A DNA stretch of 64,000 bases from Squalus acanthias (GCA_030390025.1 CM059432.1:28088001-28152000); one strand, 5' to 3'; positions 23,873 to 37,008 are shown, numbered from the stretch's first letter. The notes: a model not told the origin generated them from the sequence alone. Numbers and translations are program-made.

Positions 23873-25680
23873 GGTCTGCAGTCGGAAACAGGGGAAGTCG
23901 TAATGGGGAACAAGGAAATGGCAGATCAATTGAACAAGTACTTTGGTTCGGTGTTTACTGTGGAGGACACACACAACCTGCCGGAAATAAAAGGGGTCAG
24001 AGGATCTGGTAAGAGGGAGGAGCTGAGGGAAATCCTTATTAGTCGGGAAAAGGTATTGGGGAAATTGATGGGACTGAAGGCTGAAAAATCCCCGGGGCCT
24101 GATGGTCTGCATCCCAGACTACTTAGGGAGGTGGCCTTGGAAATAGTAGATGCATTGACGATCATTTTCCAACAATCCTTAGACTCTGGATCAGTTCCGA
24201 TGGAGTGGAGGGTGGCCAATGTAACCCCTCTTTTTAAAAAAGGAGGGAGGGAGAAAGCAGGGAATTATAGACCGGTCAGCCTGACATCGGTCGTGGGTAA
24301 AATGATGGAAGCAATTATTAAAGATGTCATAACAGACCATTTGGAAAGTGGCGACATGATAGGTCCAAGTCAGCATGGATTTGTGAAAGGGAAATCATGC
24401 TTGACAAATCTTCTGGAATTTTTTGAGGATGTTTCCAATAGGGTGGACAGGGGGGGAACCAGTAGATGTGGTGTATTTGGACTTTCAGAAGGCCTTCGAC
24501 AAGGTCCCACACAAGAGATTGGTGAGCAAAGTTAAAGCACATGGGATTGGGGGTAATGTGTTGACGTGGATTGAGAACTGGTTGGCACACAGGAAACAAA
24601 GAGTAGGAGTAAATGGGTACTTTTCAGAATGGCAGGCAGTGACCAGCGGGGTACCGCAGGGTTCGGTGCTGGGACCCCAGCTGTTTACATTATATATTAA
24701 TGATTTGGACGAAGGGATTAAATGTAATATCTCCAAATTTGCGGATGACACTAAATTGGGAGGCAGTGTGAACAATGAGGAGGATGCTAGGAGGCTACAG
24801 AGTGACTTGGACAGGTTGGGTGAATGGGCAAATGTATGGCAGATGAAGTACAATGTGGATAAATGTGAGGTTATCCACTTTGGTGGTAAAAATAGAGAGG
24901 CGGACTATTACCTGAATGGTGGCAGATTAGGGAAAGGGGAGGTGCAACGAGACCTGGGCGTCATGGTACATCAGTCACTGAAGGTGGGAATGCAAGTGAA
25001 GCAGGCAGTCAAGAAAGCAAACGGAATGATGGCCTTCATAGTAAGGGGATTTGAGTACAGGAGTAGGGAGGTGATGCTGCAGTTGTACAGGGCCTTGGTG
25101 AGGCCACACCTGGAGTATTGTGCGCAGTTTTGGTCTCCTAACTTAAGGAAGGACATTCTTGCTATTGAGGGAGTGCAGCGAAGGTTCACTAGATTGATTC
25201 CTGGGATGGCCGGACTGACATATCAAGAAAGATTGGGTCAACTCAACTTGTATCCTCTGGAGTTCAGAAGAATGAGGGGGGATCTTATAGAGACATTTAA
25301 AATCCTGACTGGTTTAGACAAATTAGATGTGGGCAGAATGTTCCCAATGTTAGGGAAAACTAGAACCAGGGGTCACAGTCTAAGGATTAAGGGGAAGCCA
25401 TTTAAGACTGAGCTGAGGAGGAACTTCTTCACCCAGAGAGTGGTGAATCTATGGAATTCTCTTCCACAGAAGGTTGTTGAGGCCAGTTCGCTAATTATAT
25501 TCAAAAGGGAGTTAGATATAACACTCACAACTAGGGGGATCAAGGGGTATGGCGAGAAAGCAGGAATGGGGTACTGCGGTAGCATGTTCAGCCATGAACG
25601 CATTGAATGGCGGTGCAGGCTCGAAGGACCGAATGGTCTACTCCTGTACCTATTTTCTATGTTTCTATGTTTTCTATGTT
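23873..25680 (+). mobile_element. Young 5'-truncated CR1 LINE with nearly intact RT
   Basis: ORFs 23903..24535 and 24423..25682 join across a single frameshift at the G run near 24450-24457. Motifs KSPGPDG, NYRPVSLT, HGFVKGKSCLTNL, LDFQKAFDKV, GVPQGSVLGP, FADD; (ttctatgt)n tail. Splits an L2 element (23720-23872 and 25681-26230, -). Confidence 0.95.
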
Positions 25681-26779
25681 AAAGGAGGAAAAGGAGGGGT
25701 TTAGAGATGGAATTCCAGAGTGTGAGGCCTAAGCAAATGAAAGTACAGCAGCCAATAGTGGGGTGAAAGGAGAGGGGTAGATAAGATTGGAGTCAGAGAA
25801 GTGGAGAGTTCTGGGAGGGAGGAGTTTGGAGGGCTGGAGGAGGTTACAGAGATAGGGAGGGGAAAGTCCATGAAAGGATTTAAAGACAGGAATGAGTATT
25901 GTAAACTTGAGGCTTTGGGGAACCCAGGAGTTAATGTAGGTCAGCAAGGACAAGGATAATGAGTGAGCAGGACTTGGTGTGGGATAAGATATGCACATCA
26001 GAGTTTTGGAATAGTTAAAGCTTATGAAGTGTAGAGGATGGGAGTAATCAAGTCTTGGGGTGACAAATGCATGAATGAGGGTTTCAAAGCAGGTGGACTG
26101 AGATAGGGGCAGAGGTGGGTGAAGTTATTTAGGTGGAAATAGGCGGGTTTGTGATGGAATGAAAATGGGGTCGGAAGCTCAGCTTGGGGTGGAATAGGCC
26201 ATCGAGGCTGTGAACAGTCTCGTGCTGCCTGAGACATACGGAATGAGCCTGGGACCATCCTGGTATGTATGGCTTAGTACCATAGTGCATTGCCTGTTTA
26301 CTCACCCATGAAGGCCCAACTAATTTCTTTACACCCAGAAATGATCACTATTGTACTTCTAAAGCAGTAGGTAAAAGGAACAATGATTTGTGAATATTGG
26401 AGGAGGAGATAGGATAGGAAGGGGATAGGAGATTTCTTAAGAGGCAAAAAACAATTTGTTCCCTGATTAAAAACCCGCCAGAGAAATATTGTACTTTATG
26501 GGGATTTTCACAAAACATCCCTGGGTTCTCGGAATCTCAGGTAGTGAGAGGAACCCAAGGTGCTTGCTCTATTGGTTCCAGTGTACAGCTCGAGCACAGA
26601 TTACAGAAGCTAGTTGCATTCGCCAGGGCTCCCTCCAGCACGGTTCCGTGGAGCATTCTCGTGTTTATCTCCTATGCACTTCCACACAAGAATACTAAAA
26701 TACCAGTTATCCTGCACAATGATTTCTATTGCGGTGCCTAACCGCTGCCTTTTGTTTCTCAGCAAATTGAGTGTCCTAC

Positions 26780-27200
26780 TGTCGTTCGGTGTCACCGTTA
26801 GTGTCGGTGTGATTCGGTATCACCGTTAGTGTTGGTGTGATTCATCACCATTAGTGTTGGTGAGATTCGGTATCACCATTAGTGTTGGTGAGATTCGGTA
26901 TCACCATTAGTGCTGGTGTGACTCGGTATCACCGTTAGTGTTGGTGTGACTCGGTATCACCATTAGTGTTGGTGTGATTCATCACCATTAGTGCTGGTGT
27001 GATTTGGTATCACCATTAGTGCTGGTGTGATTCGGTATTACCATTAGTGCTGGTGTCATTCGGTGTCACCAGTGGTGCTGGTGTCATTCGGTGTCCCCAG
27101 TGGTGGTGGTGTCATTCGGTGTCACCAGTGGTGGTGGTGTCATTCGGTGTCCCCAGTGGTGGTGGTGTAATTCGGTGTCTCCAGTGGTGGTGGTGTTATT
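26780..27200. repeat. 28-bp minisatellite (ttagtgttggtgtgattcggtatcacca)n
   Basis: About 15 tandem units drifting to gtggtggtggtgtcattcggtgtcacca at the 3' side. Confidence 0.92.
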
Positions 27201-27646
27201 GAGTGTCATCATGAGGCAGGTGGACTTTATGCCGCTGTTCCGGCTGCTGCCAGTTTTACAGCGGCCTAATGCTGGGCAGCTGAAGCGTCCACCTGTTTCA
27301 GATGGTAGGTCCCTTTTAATATGTAAATTGTCATGCATGACCAGATAATCTGTTTTAGTGATGTTGTTTGAGGGATAAATCTTGCTCAGGACACCGGGAG
27401 AACTCCCCTGCTCTTATTCAAATGATGCCCTGGGATCTCTGTGTCCATCTGAGAGGACGGAGGTAGCCTCGATTTAATGAGCTACCCACTATTGACCCCT
27501 TAACTTTTCCAGCAGCATCATTCTCATAAGAGAAATAGTATCTTGCAAAGCTTTTTCCACTTGTTCTGGGACCATAGAAATGACAACTGTGGAAACTTTA
27601 GCAACTGTCCAGTGTTGAATAGTGCAGGTGAAAGCGTAGACAGATT

Positions 27647-28535
27647 GGGGGAAAAATTCAGTTGGTTGCACCTCCCGTTAGCACCTTAAGAGGGCGCTAA
27701 TGGGGCGCAAAGCAACTAGTGCCCAGGCGCGGCGATGTTTGCGCTGCTCGCGAAATTAACTAGACATTTTGCGGCGGCGCTAAACACTACCGCCACAATC
27801 TCCTGCGCCGGCAGATCGTGACGTCAGTCGAGTGCGCAACGCCCCGGTAGCGCCCCAGAGCAGATATTGAGTGGCGCCCCCTGCCTTACCGCCTGCCGCT
27901 AGCAACGACAGGTTGAGGGGAGCGTTTTGCAGTCAGGAAGGGACTGGGGAGTGCTATTTAAAGGCGACCGCTTCCTGCCTTTTTTTGTTGGTGACATTTT
28001 TGAACCACGCATTCTGAGAGAACGAGAGAGACTTCTGAAGAGATTCAACGCTGTGTTAAGGAGTTTTGGGTACTGAGCAGCACTTTGCAGGTTCATTTTG
28101 ATTTGCCCTTCCTTTATCAATTTAGAACAGACTGTGGGGGTTGCACTCTGAGCTCTTTCCCTAGTTCTTTCCATTGTTCTTTCCAGCAGATTTGATGTAC
28201 AGGTCTCTCCAGGCCGAGATTCAAGGCTGCAATGAGCAGGATGTGGATGGAAAGCAAGATCAACCCTCCCCTTTAAGAACTGGCCTGCGCCATTGTGTCT
28301 GTGTTCCATTGCTGACTGACACCACATGAGCTTCGCCAGCGCTCTGAGGTAGCGCCTCGCTCCTTGGCCTTTGCGCCTTAAGACAGATGTGTAGCGCCTG
28401 ATTTAGCGCTCCAATCACCTCCAGGGGCGATAAAAGTCAAGTTTGCAGTCGGAGGCGATAATTAGCGCCAGGCGCTAATCTTTGCGCCCGGCCGATAATT
28501 GCGCACCAAACGGGGCGATACTGAATTTTTCCCCC
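27647..28535. mobile_element. MITE with perfect 16-bp TIR and ATT target duplication
   Basis: att|gggggaaaaattcagt ... actgaatttttccccc|att; GC-rich subterminal sequence related to the 38510 family. Confidence 0.85.
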
Positions 28536-28714
28536 ATTGTGTATAGATATTAATACTTTTGGCATAACAGATCATAATGCATATTCTCTGTAACTTGAAG
28601 CAACAGCTAGCAGTAACCCTGTGCACACTGTGACCAGCCAGATGGAATTTAATAAACAATCCAATAAATAATTCATCATAACCAAATTGGCTTAAGTTTT
28701 GTCACAAACACGAG

Positions 28715-28830
28715 CACAGACACGAGCATAAAGACAGACATACACGGAGGCATTGACACACACATATGCACAAATACACACAGAGACATAGAGAAACACA
28801 GACACACACACACACGCAGCAAGACACACA
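28715..28830. repeat. Degenerate CA-rich microsatellite
   Basis: Visible (CA)n-like tract; a similar one lies at 57555-57620. Confidence 0.8.
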
Positions 28831-28949
28831 AATGAAGTCATATGCTTACAACTATATTTTAATAGTGGAGTACCCAAACTCAAACAGGCCTCAAATCGAA
28901 AATAAAAATAAGGAAAAGGAACAAAAGCACCGAGTGCTTCTGCCTCCTG

Positions 28950-29215
28950 TAACAGGAAGCACGTGGAAAACAAAATAACCACCAATCATTCTGACATCAC
29001 AACTTCAAAAACAACAAGTGCTGCTGATCAGCAGATCGCACTGGCTGTTGCCACAAATTCCGCTCAGCACAGAGAGCTCGCGGCAACGATAAGCATCTTG
29101 TCTGCTGTTCTGCTTTACTTCGAGAGGTTTGGCTATGAGGCTAAAACTCCCGGTACGATGAGTGTCCCTCGGAAAGACCCCTGAAATGTCATAAGGAAGG
29201 TGCACTGTTCGAAAG
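28950..29215 (+). promoter_or_regulatory. Candidate promoter and 5' UTR first exon (possibly of SLA)
   Basis: CAGGAAG + CACGTG + CCAAT cluster, CpG-retaining unique sequence, donor AAG|gtaatt at 29215/29216. Confidence 0.35.
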
Positions 29216-29967
29216 GTAATTTTTTTTTATATGCCAAAAGAATATTTTATAAAAATATAAACTTGCTAACAGAAAGTAAAATTTTTTATTGTCAAATATA
29301 AACAAGTAGAGATGAGCTTCAGAGCCTTCAAAGTTTCTGTTTTGATTTGTTTTCAAATCCCGCCGTGGTCTCGTCAATCCCGATCACTGTAACCTCCTCC
29401 AGCCCTACAAGCCTCCGAGATCCCTGTGCTTCTCCATTTCTCGCCTCTTGCGCATTCCCAATTTTAATCGCTCCACCATTGGCGGCCGTGTTTACAGTTG
29501 CCTTGGCTCTAAGCTCTGGAATTCCCTCCCTAAACCTCTCCGCCTCGCTACCTCTCTCTCCTCCTTTAAGATGCTCCTTAAATAACTATTGAACAGCAGG
29601 ATTTTAACCATATACTTAAAAAATATTTCTCATCTCCTCACCCTGATGCTATTTCTTTACTTTGCCCCGCAGTCTGCACCGTCAGATAAGGGAGAGTAAT
29701 TTTTTTTGAACTGATAATATATATAAAGGCTGCAAATTATATTTTAAAGTTGATGTGAAAGGAGGGAAATACGTAACAAGGTTTATTTAAAAGGGAAGGA
29801 TAGTCTAAGGTGAGCACCTTAGGTTTACTACTTCCCTCTTTAATAGAACAAAATAATCTACATACTAGAGATTTCTTTGCCATTTTAGTGTATTTTTAAA
29901 TTAATTTTTGGGATGTGGACATCGCTAGCAAGGCTGAATTTATTGACCATCCCTGGTTGCCCTTGAG

Positions 29968-31131
29968 TAGAATCATAGAATCATAGAGAGTTACAGCACG
30001 GAAGGAGACCATTTTGGCCCATCATGTCCGCGCCGGCCAACAAAGAGCTATCCAGCCTAATCCCACTTCCCAGCTCTTGGTCCGTAGCCCTGCAGGTTAC
30101 AGCATCCCAAGTGCACATCCAAGTACTTTTTAAATGTGGTTAGGGTTTCTGCCTCTACCACCCTTTCAGGCAGTGAGTTCCAGACCCCCACAACCCTCTG
30201 GGTAAAGAAATTTCCCCTCGAATCCCCTCTAAACCTTTCACCAATTACTTTAAATCTGTGCCCCCTGGTTTTTGACCCCTCTGCTAAGGGAAATAGGTCC
30301 TTTCTATCCACTTTATCTAGGCTCCTCATAATTTTATACACCTCAATAAGGTCTCCCCTCAGCCTCCTCTGTTCCAAGAAAACAGACCCAGCCTATCCAG
30401 TCTTTCCTCATAGGTAAGATTCTCTACTCCCGGCAATATCCTTGTAAATTTCCTCTGTACCCTGTCTAGTGCAATCACATCTTTCCTGTAATGTGGTGAC
30501 CAGGACTGCACGCAGTACTCTAGCTGGGGCCGAACTAGTGTTTTATACAGTTCAAGCATAAACCCCCTGCTCTTGTATTCTATGCCACGGCTAATAAAGG
30601 CAAGCATTCCGTATGCCTTCTTAACCACCTTATCTACCTGGCCTGCTACCTTCAGGGATCTGTGGACATGCACTCCAAGGTCTCTTTGTTCCTCTACACT
30701 ACTCAGTGTCCTACCATTTAATGTGTATTCCCTTTCCTTGTTAGCCCTCCCCAAATGCATTACCACACACTTCTCCGGATTGAATTCCATTTGCCACTGT
30801 TCTGCCCACCTGTCCAATTTATTGATATCTTCTAGCAGTCTACAGCTTCCTTCTTCAGTACCAACCACACGGCCGATTTTAGTATCATCTGCAAACTTCT
30901 TAATCATACCCCCCATATTCAAGTCTAGATCATTGATAGATACCACAAAAAGCAAGGGACCTAGTACTGAGCCCTGCGGAACCCCACTGGAAACAGCCTT
31001 CCAGTCACAAAAACACCCATCAACCTTTACCCTCTGCTTCCTGCCTCCGAGCCAGTTTTGAATCCAACTTTGCCCTGGATCCCATGGGCTTTTAACTTTG
31101 TGACCAGTCTGCCATGTGGAACCTTATCAAA
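29968..31131 (-). mobile_element. CR1 LINE 3' fragment nested in an older LINE tail
   Basis: ORFs 30359..30955 (FADD) and 30057..30377; the host sequence cccttgag|aaggtggtgg is split. Confidence 0.92.
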
Positions 31132-31571
31132 AGGTGGTGGTGGGCTTTCTTCTTGATCCGCAGTAGACCGTGTGGTAAAGGTGCTCCTACAGTGCTTTTA
31201 GTTAGGCAGTTCCAGAATTTTAACCCAGAGACAATGAAAGAACAGCGATATATGTCCAATTCAGGATTGTGTGTATCGTAAAGGATAGACATTTCAGCAC
31301 AGAAAGAACCCGCTCAATTATTTTTTTAAGTGTTGCTCTCCAAGTTTCTCCCAACTTTTTCTAACTAACTCTGGATTATTAGTCCTGTCCTCTGGATTAC
31401 TAGTCCAGTAACATATATATCCTTAAACTGTAGTGATTGTTGTTTTGTACGCAAACACAGCAGCTATCTTGCAAACAACGAGGTCCCGCAAACTGCAATG
31501 AGATGAATGAACCAGACCATCTGTTTTTGGCGGTGTTGGTTAGGGGAGGAATGTTGTCTAGGGCACTGGGA

Positions 31572-32742
31572 GAATCATAGAATCATAGAAATTTACAGCG
31601 CATAAGGAGGCCACTCGGGCCATCATGCCTGTGCTGGGTCTTTGAAAGGGCAGTCGTGCTTAGTCCCACACTCCAACTTTTTGTCCGTAACCCTGTAAGT
31701 TCCTCATCCTCAAGTACCCGTCCAACTCCCTTTTAAAATTATTTATAGAATCAGCTTCCACCACCTTTTCAGGTAGAGCATTCTCTGAGTGAAAAAAATT
31801 CTCCTCATCACCCCCCTAGATCTTTTGCTAATGATTTTAAATCTATGACCTCTGGTTATTGACTCACTCACAAGAGGGAATAGTTTTTCTCTATCTACTC
31901 TAGCAAAACATATGATAATCTTGAAAACCTCTATTAGGTCACCTCTTAACCTTCTCTGTTCCAAAGAGAACAGTCCTAACTTTTTCAACCTCTCCTCATA
32001 ACTGAAGTCCCTCATCTGGTAAACCTCCTCTGTACCCTTTCTAAGGACCTTTAAATCTTTCTTAAGTGTGCTGCTCAGAATTGTCCAAAATACTCCTGCT
32101 GAGGCCTAACCAGTGATTAATAAAGTTCTAGAATGATCTCTTTGCTTTTATATTCTATGCCTCTTTTTATAAACCCAAGTAACCTATATGCTTTTTTAAC
32201 CAGCTTATCAACTTGCCCTGCCACCTTTAAGGTTTTATGTATATGGTCACCAAGGTCTCTCTGCTCATCTACACTTTTCAAAATCATGCCATTTATAGTA
32301 TACTGTCTTTCCATATTAGTCCTCCCAAAGTGCATCACTTCGCACTTCTCCGCATTGAACTCCATCTGCCATGCTTCTGACCATTTCATCATCCTGTCTG
32401 TCATCCTGAAGTCTACAGCTATCCTCAGCACTATCTATTATGTTGCCAATCTTCATATCATCTGCAAACTTTATAATGCTGCTCCCTGCACCCGAGTCTA
32501 GATCGTTTATAAAAATTGAAAGAGAAATGGAGCCAAACTGACCCTTGGGTAACACCACTGCAAACCAACTCCCAGTCTGAAAAACATCCATCCAGCACCA
32601 TCCTCTGCTTCCTGTCACTGAGCCATTTCCTTATCCATACCCCCACTTTCCCCTTAATTCCATGGGCTTCCATCTTCTTAACAAGCATCCTGTGTGGCAC
32701 TTTGTCGAATGCCTTCCTAAAGTCCATATATACAATATCTAC
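31572..32742 (-). mobile_element. CR1 LINE fragment nested in a Deu SINE (31420-31571 and 32743-32950)
   Basis: DFRKAFDKVPH, KFADD and KCEVMHFG remnants. Confidence 0.9.
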
Positions 32743-33312
32743 TCTGTGCTCTTCTTCAAATAGTGCTGTGGGAATTCTAACACTTGAACCACCTGGATAG
32801 GAAGATGGGACCAGAATTTTAATGTCCCATCCAACCCTAATGCAGCACCCCCTCAGTACTGCACGGAAGTGTCAGCCTGGATTGTGCACTCAATTCATGG
32901 AAGTGGGGTGGGGGGGCTTCAACCCACAACCTTCTGAATAAGAGGCAAGAACTCTTTGCATTCCAGCTCAGCTCAGCTTCAGCAGTAATAGGTTTGTAAC
33001 TGTGCATCTTGCCACTACACCCTCGGTGTTTCTGTGGAAGGTTAACGACTAGAAAATTGCATGGTAAGTTGAGTCTTTGGCCTGACAGCTTGCAAAAGTG
33101 TTGCCCAGCGTTAAGGATAGTATGATTTTACATTGCTGCTGTGGCACAGATGTTTCTGAAAGTGACAGGAAATTAAATCACCAGAGGCAGCATTTACTTA
33201 ACAACACTGCGGTCAAAAAAGGAGTCCCACCATCAGGACTCCCTTTTTAAGAACACTATTCTACTGAGGCCTCTTTTAAAGAGGAAGTCTCACCATCTTA
33301 AACTTTTTGAAG

Positions 33313-34830
33313 TATAGAACCATTCGGCCCATCATGCTTGTGCCAACTCTTTCCAATTAGTCCCATTCCCCTGCTCTTTCTCCATAGCCCTGCAAATTTT
33401 ACACCAAAGTATTTATCCAATTGCCTTTAGAAAGTTAGTATTGAATCTGCTTCCACCACCCTTTAAGGCAGCACATTCCAGATCATAACAACTCGAGGAG
33501 TAAAAGAATTTCTCCTCATCTCGCCTCTTGTTCTTCTGCCAATTACCTTAAATCTGTGACCTCAGGTTATCGACCCTTCTGCCAGTAGAAACTCTTTCTT
33601 CTTATTTACTCTATCAAAACCCTTCATAATTTTGAACACCTATTAAATCTCCCCTTAACCTTCTCTGCTCTAAGAAGAACCCCAGCTTCTCTAGTCTCTG
33701 TCTAGAAATCCCTGGTACGAGTCTCGTAAATCTTGTCTGCACCCTCTCCAAGGCCTTGGCATCCTTCCTAAAGTGTGGTGCTCAGAATGGGACACAATAC
33801 TCCAGCTGGTTCCTAACCAGTGATTTATAAAGGTTTAGCATGACCGTCTTGCTTTTGTATTGTATGGCCTGGATATTAACAGGGACGGGTTACGTAGGAG
33901 GGGGAGCGGAGTTTCGGACAGGAAGGCTTCCCCGCGTACTGTGAAGTTTTAACTCCACAGCGTGCACCTTTTGTCATTGACAGGTTCCCCGCCCGGATGT
34001 CAGCCTGATTGATAGGCATGGCTTCCAGTCGGGCGGGGAAGACTCCTGAGCAGACCGCAGGAGCGGGTAGGTCCGATCCCTGACTCCGGCGGCGGAGGGG
34101 GGGGGGGTGGTGGTTCCGGTCTTGGGGGTCTTTGTATGGGGCGGGTCTGATTTGGGGGGAGGGGGGAGCTTGCAGGCCGTGGGGAAGTACTTCTGCTCTT
34201 CCTGGCCCACAAGCAGTGCTGTAAAGGTACTTACTTTCTTCCCGAAGCTGTCCTTGCCTTCCTTCAGCTGCCCAGGTTTGCCGAGGCCTGGGAAACCCAG
34301 CCGGCCACTGTAATACCTGCAAAGCAGGTTAAATCATATGCTGCCAGCCTCATTAAAATATTTAAATTGGCAACCCGCCTCCTGGGAGCGGGTTGGCTGC
34401 CCGCCCCTTGTCCCGCCTCTGTTAAACCCGGAAGTGGGCAGGGTTGGAGGCGGGTTGGGGTCGGGCTTCAGTCTGTCTATATCCTCCTGAAGTCTGTTAC
34501 CATCCAGATCACTGTTGACTACATTTCCGAGCTTTGTGCAATCTGCAAACTTTGAAATTATGCCCAGTATATCCAAGTCCAGGTCATTAATATATATCAT
34601 AAAGAGCAGTGGTCCTAATACCGACCCCTGGGGGACAGCACTGTATACCTCCCTCCAGTCTGAAAAACAATTGTTCACCACTACTCTCTGCTTTTTGTCT
34701 CTTAGCCAATTTTGTATCCACGCTGCCACTGCCCTTTTGCAACAGGCTTCAAATTTTTGTAACAAGTCTGTTATTTGGTACTTTATCAAACTCCTTTTGA
34801 AAGTCCATATACAACATCAACCACCCTATC
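33313..34830 (-). mobile_element. CR1 LINE fragment interrupted by a GC-rich MITE-like insert (33866-34468)
   Basis: VPQGSVLGPLLF and ISKFAD remnants. The insert begins ggcctggatattaac; its right end and ~250 bp of CR1 are missing. Confidence 0.8.
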
Positions 34831-34834
34831 TTCA

Positions 34835-35185
34835 TGAACCTAGGACTCCCTTTCAAAAACAGTATTGTATTTGGATCCTTCTTAATAAGACAGGCTCACC
34901 CATCAGGAACCCCTGTAACAGAAGAACTTTCAGTGTCAGGATTAGAGGAAATATCTCCATCGAAATCCCTTTTAATGAGAGAATGTTTGCATTGGAACTC
35001 CTTTTTAATGGGCAGCTGTCACCATCAAAGCCTCTTTCACAATGGAAGTCTAGCTATCAGGACATTTTTTAAAGCGAGAGTATCACCATCAGGACTCCCT
35101 TTAAAGAGGAACTGTTGACATCAAGATCCCTTTTTAAATGAGGACCACCATCATCAATGCCCCCTTTTAAGAAGGGATTCTTGCT
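34835..35185. repeat. Degenerate ~32-bp tandem repeat (ccatcaggactcccttttaaagaggagtctca-like); remainder at 33210-33310
   Basis: Recurrent ccatca..actccct(t)n-aa..gagg motif on both sides of the CR1 insertion. Confidence 0.65.
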
Positions 35186-36582
35186 ATCAATATAACAGCA
35201 TCCGAATCTGATGGTGGTAGGGACAAGGTTAAATGCTGGGTGCTTTTTGAGACACCAAAATGCCAGTGCTGCTGGCTGCATGGTACTGAATAAACTACAA
35301 GGGCTGTAATATCACTTAAAGTCATTACAGATGGAACATAGCGCTGTCAAATGGGGAGGAGGGGATAGGATTGCACAAGGTAGTTGAGAGGCCCTAACAC
35401 GGTGTTGCACAAGAGAGTCATGTGAATGGAACACGACATCCCTCAAGGGAGCTTTACAGTAAATAACCTCACCAGTATTACACAGGGGAGCTCAATGGAA
35501 AGAGAATGAAGCAGAACTACCGCAGAGCGAAGTGTTTAAGAGATACAAACGCAGCATGTTTTTTTTGTCTTTGAGAAGTGCAATCACACTCGCATTTGGC
35601 TCCCCACACCCAAATATATCACAGATTTTCCATTTCTATTCTAGCTTAATTTGCATTCTTAAGAAAAGTACAGACACTTTCTGCTGTCAATAACCAGCAG
35701 CATCCACGCTCAGCATCAATATACTCATAAGGTTCAATTTCAACCTGCCTGGCCAGTGCAAACCGGGCAGGTGAGCAGTAAAAATCAGGGCAGCGACGTT
35801 CCCCTCCGATCCTTTTATTTTAACCTGCTGTTTTCAGTCGGCATGCGGGACCCTCGCCGGAAGACAGAGGGGTCCTGCTCTGGTGATGTCACCGGGGCCT
35901 GACTGCAATTCTAACCTCGGGTCTGCACAGTATAAACCGTTTTGGTTTCTCCACAAGGCCCACCTGGCAGCAAGTGTGATCCGAAGTCAGAAAACAAAAT
36001 TGTTTAATATTTTATTGGTTTCCTTTTGGACCATGAAGAGCAAGAGTGCTACTTTGGGCCCCACAAGGAAACTTTGAGCGTCCCCTGCCTGGATTCCCCC
36101 ACCTACCATCCCTCCCCCTCCATGACTACGATGTCCTTCCGACGCTCCACCAATGCAGTTATCTGACTGCCGGGACTGTTCCTTCGGGTCCCTGGCGACG
36201 GCCTCCTGCCACTCGATATCTAACTCCTGCCTGTCAGCCGCATTTGGGCAGGAGACTGACTGCCAGCAAGCAGCTGAGGCATGGGCGCAAAGGTCTCCTG
36301 GGCCTCAGCTGCAGGGGGACCGTATGGTTTGCTGCCAACATTGCCCCCGCCCAAAAGAGTCCCACCAGGGGTTAAAAATTAGGCTTTGTTTTTTGATAAT
36401 ATGAACAGTTCCCTCCGCCTACCATCGTCGAGTAGGTAAATACAACATGTGGTGCGGTACTGAGTCAGACAATAAAATCCCCAGCCTCTGCTGCTCTTTG
36501 CTGGGATGGGAGTCGGGGTTTCCCAATGGCTCCAGTGCCTTTGGTGGGAGGGGGTTAGGTTGTTACTCCTGGTCCAAGAACG

Positions 36583-37008
36583 AGGAAAGAACTTACATTT
36601 CTTCAACACCTTTCATGACCTCAGGACAACCCAAATGAAGTACTTTTGAAACGTGGTCACTGTTGTAATGTAGGAAACGCAGCATCCAAACTGCGCACAG
36701 CAAGATCCAAAAAGCAGCAATGTGCTGATGATGAGATAATCTGTTTTAGTGATGTTGGTTGAGGGATAAATATTGGCCAGGACATCAGACACTTTGAAAT
36801 AGCGCCATGGGATCTTTTATGTCCACCTGAGGGAACAGACAGGGTCTCAGTTTAACATCCCCTCTGGAAGTTGGCAGATCTGACTGTGCAACACTCCCTC
36901 AGTACTGCCCTGGAGTGTCAGCTTAGATTTTTGCGCTCAATTCTCTGGAATGGGACTTGAACCCACAACCTTCTGACTCAAAGGCACGAGTGAGCCACGG
37001 TTGACACT
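36583..37008 (-). mobile_element. SacSINE1-like Deu SINE
   Basis: Family match. Confidence 0.82.

Noticed and set aside
24423..25682. 419-aa host gene
   Set aside because: CR1 reverse transcriptase fragment with a retroposon tail.
26590..26660. - strand ALANAT resembling thyroglobulin RALENATR
   Set aside because: Surrounding residues do not match TG and there is no splice donor at the expected position.
26780..27200. CRISPR-like appearance of 28-bp partially palindromic repeats
   Set aside because: Units are head-to-tail with no unique spacers, there are no cas genes, and the context is vertebrate.
27647..28535. CpG-island promoter
   Set aside because: CpG richness is bounded exactly by TIRs, so it is MITE-derived; likewise 18970-19375, 33866-34468 and 38510-39226.
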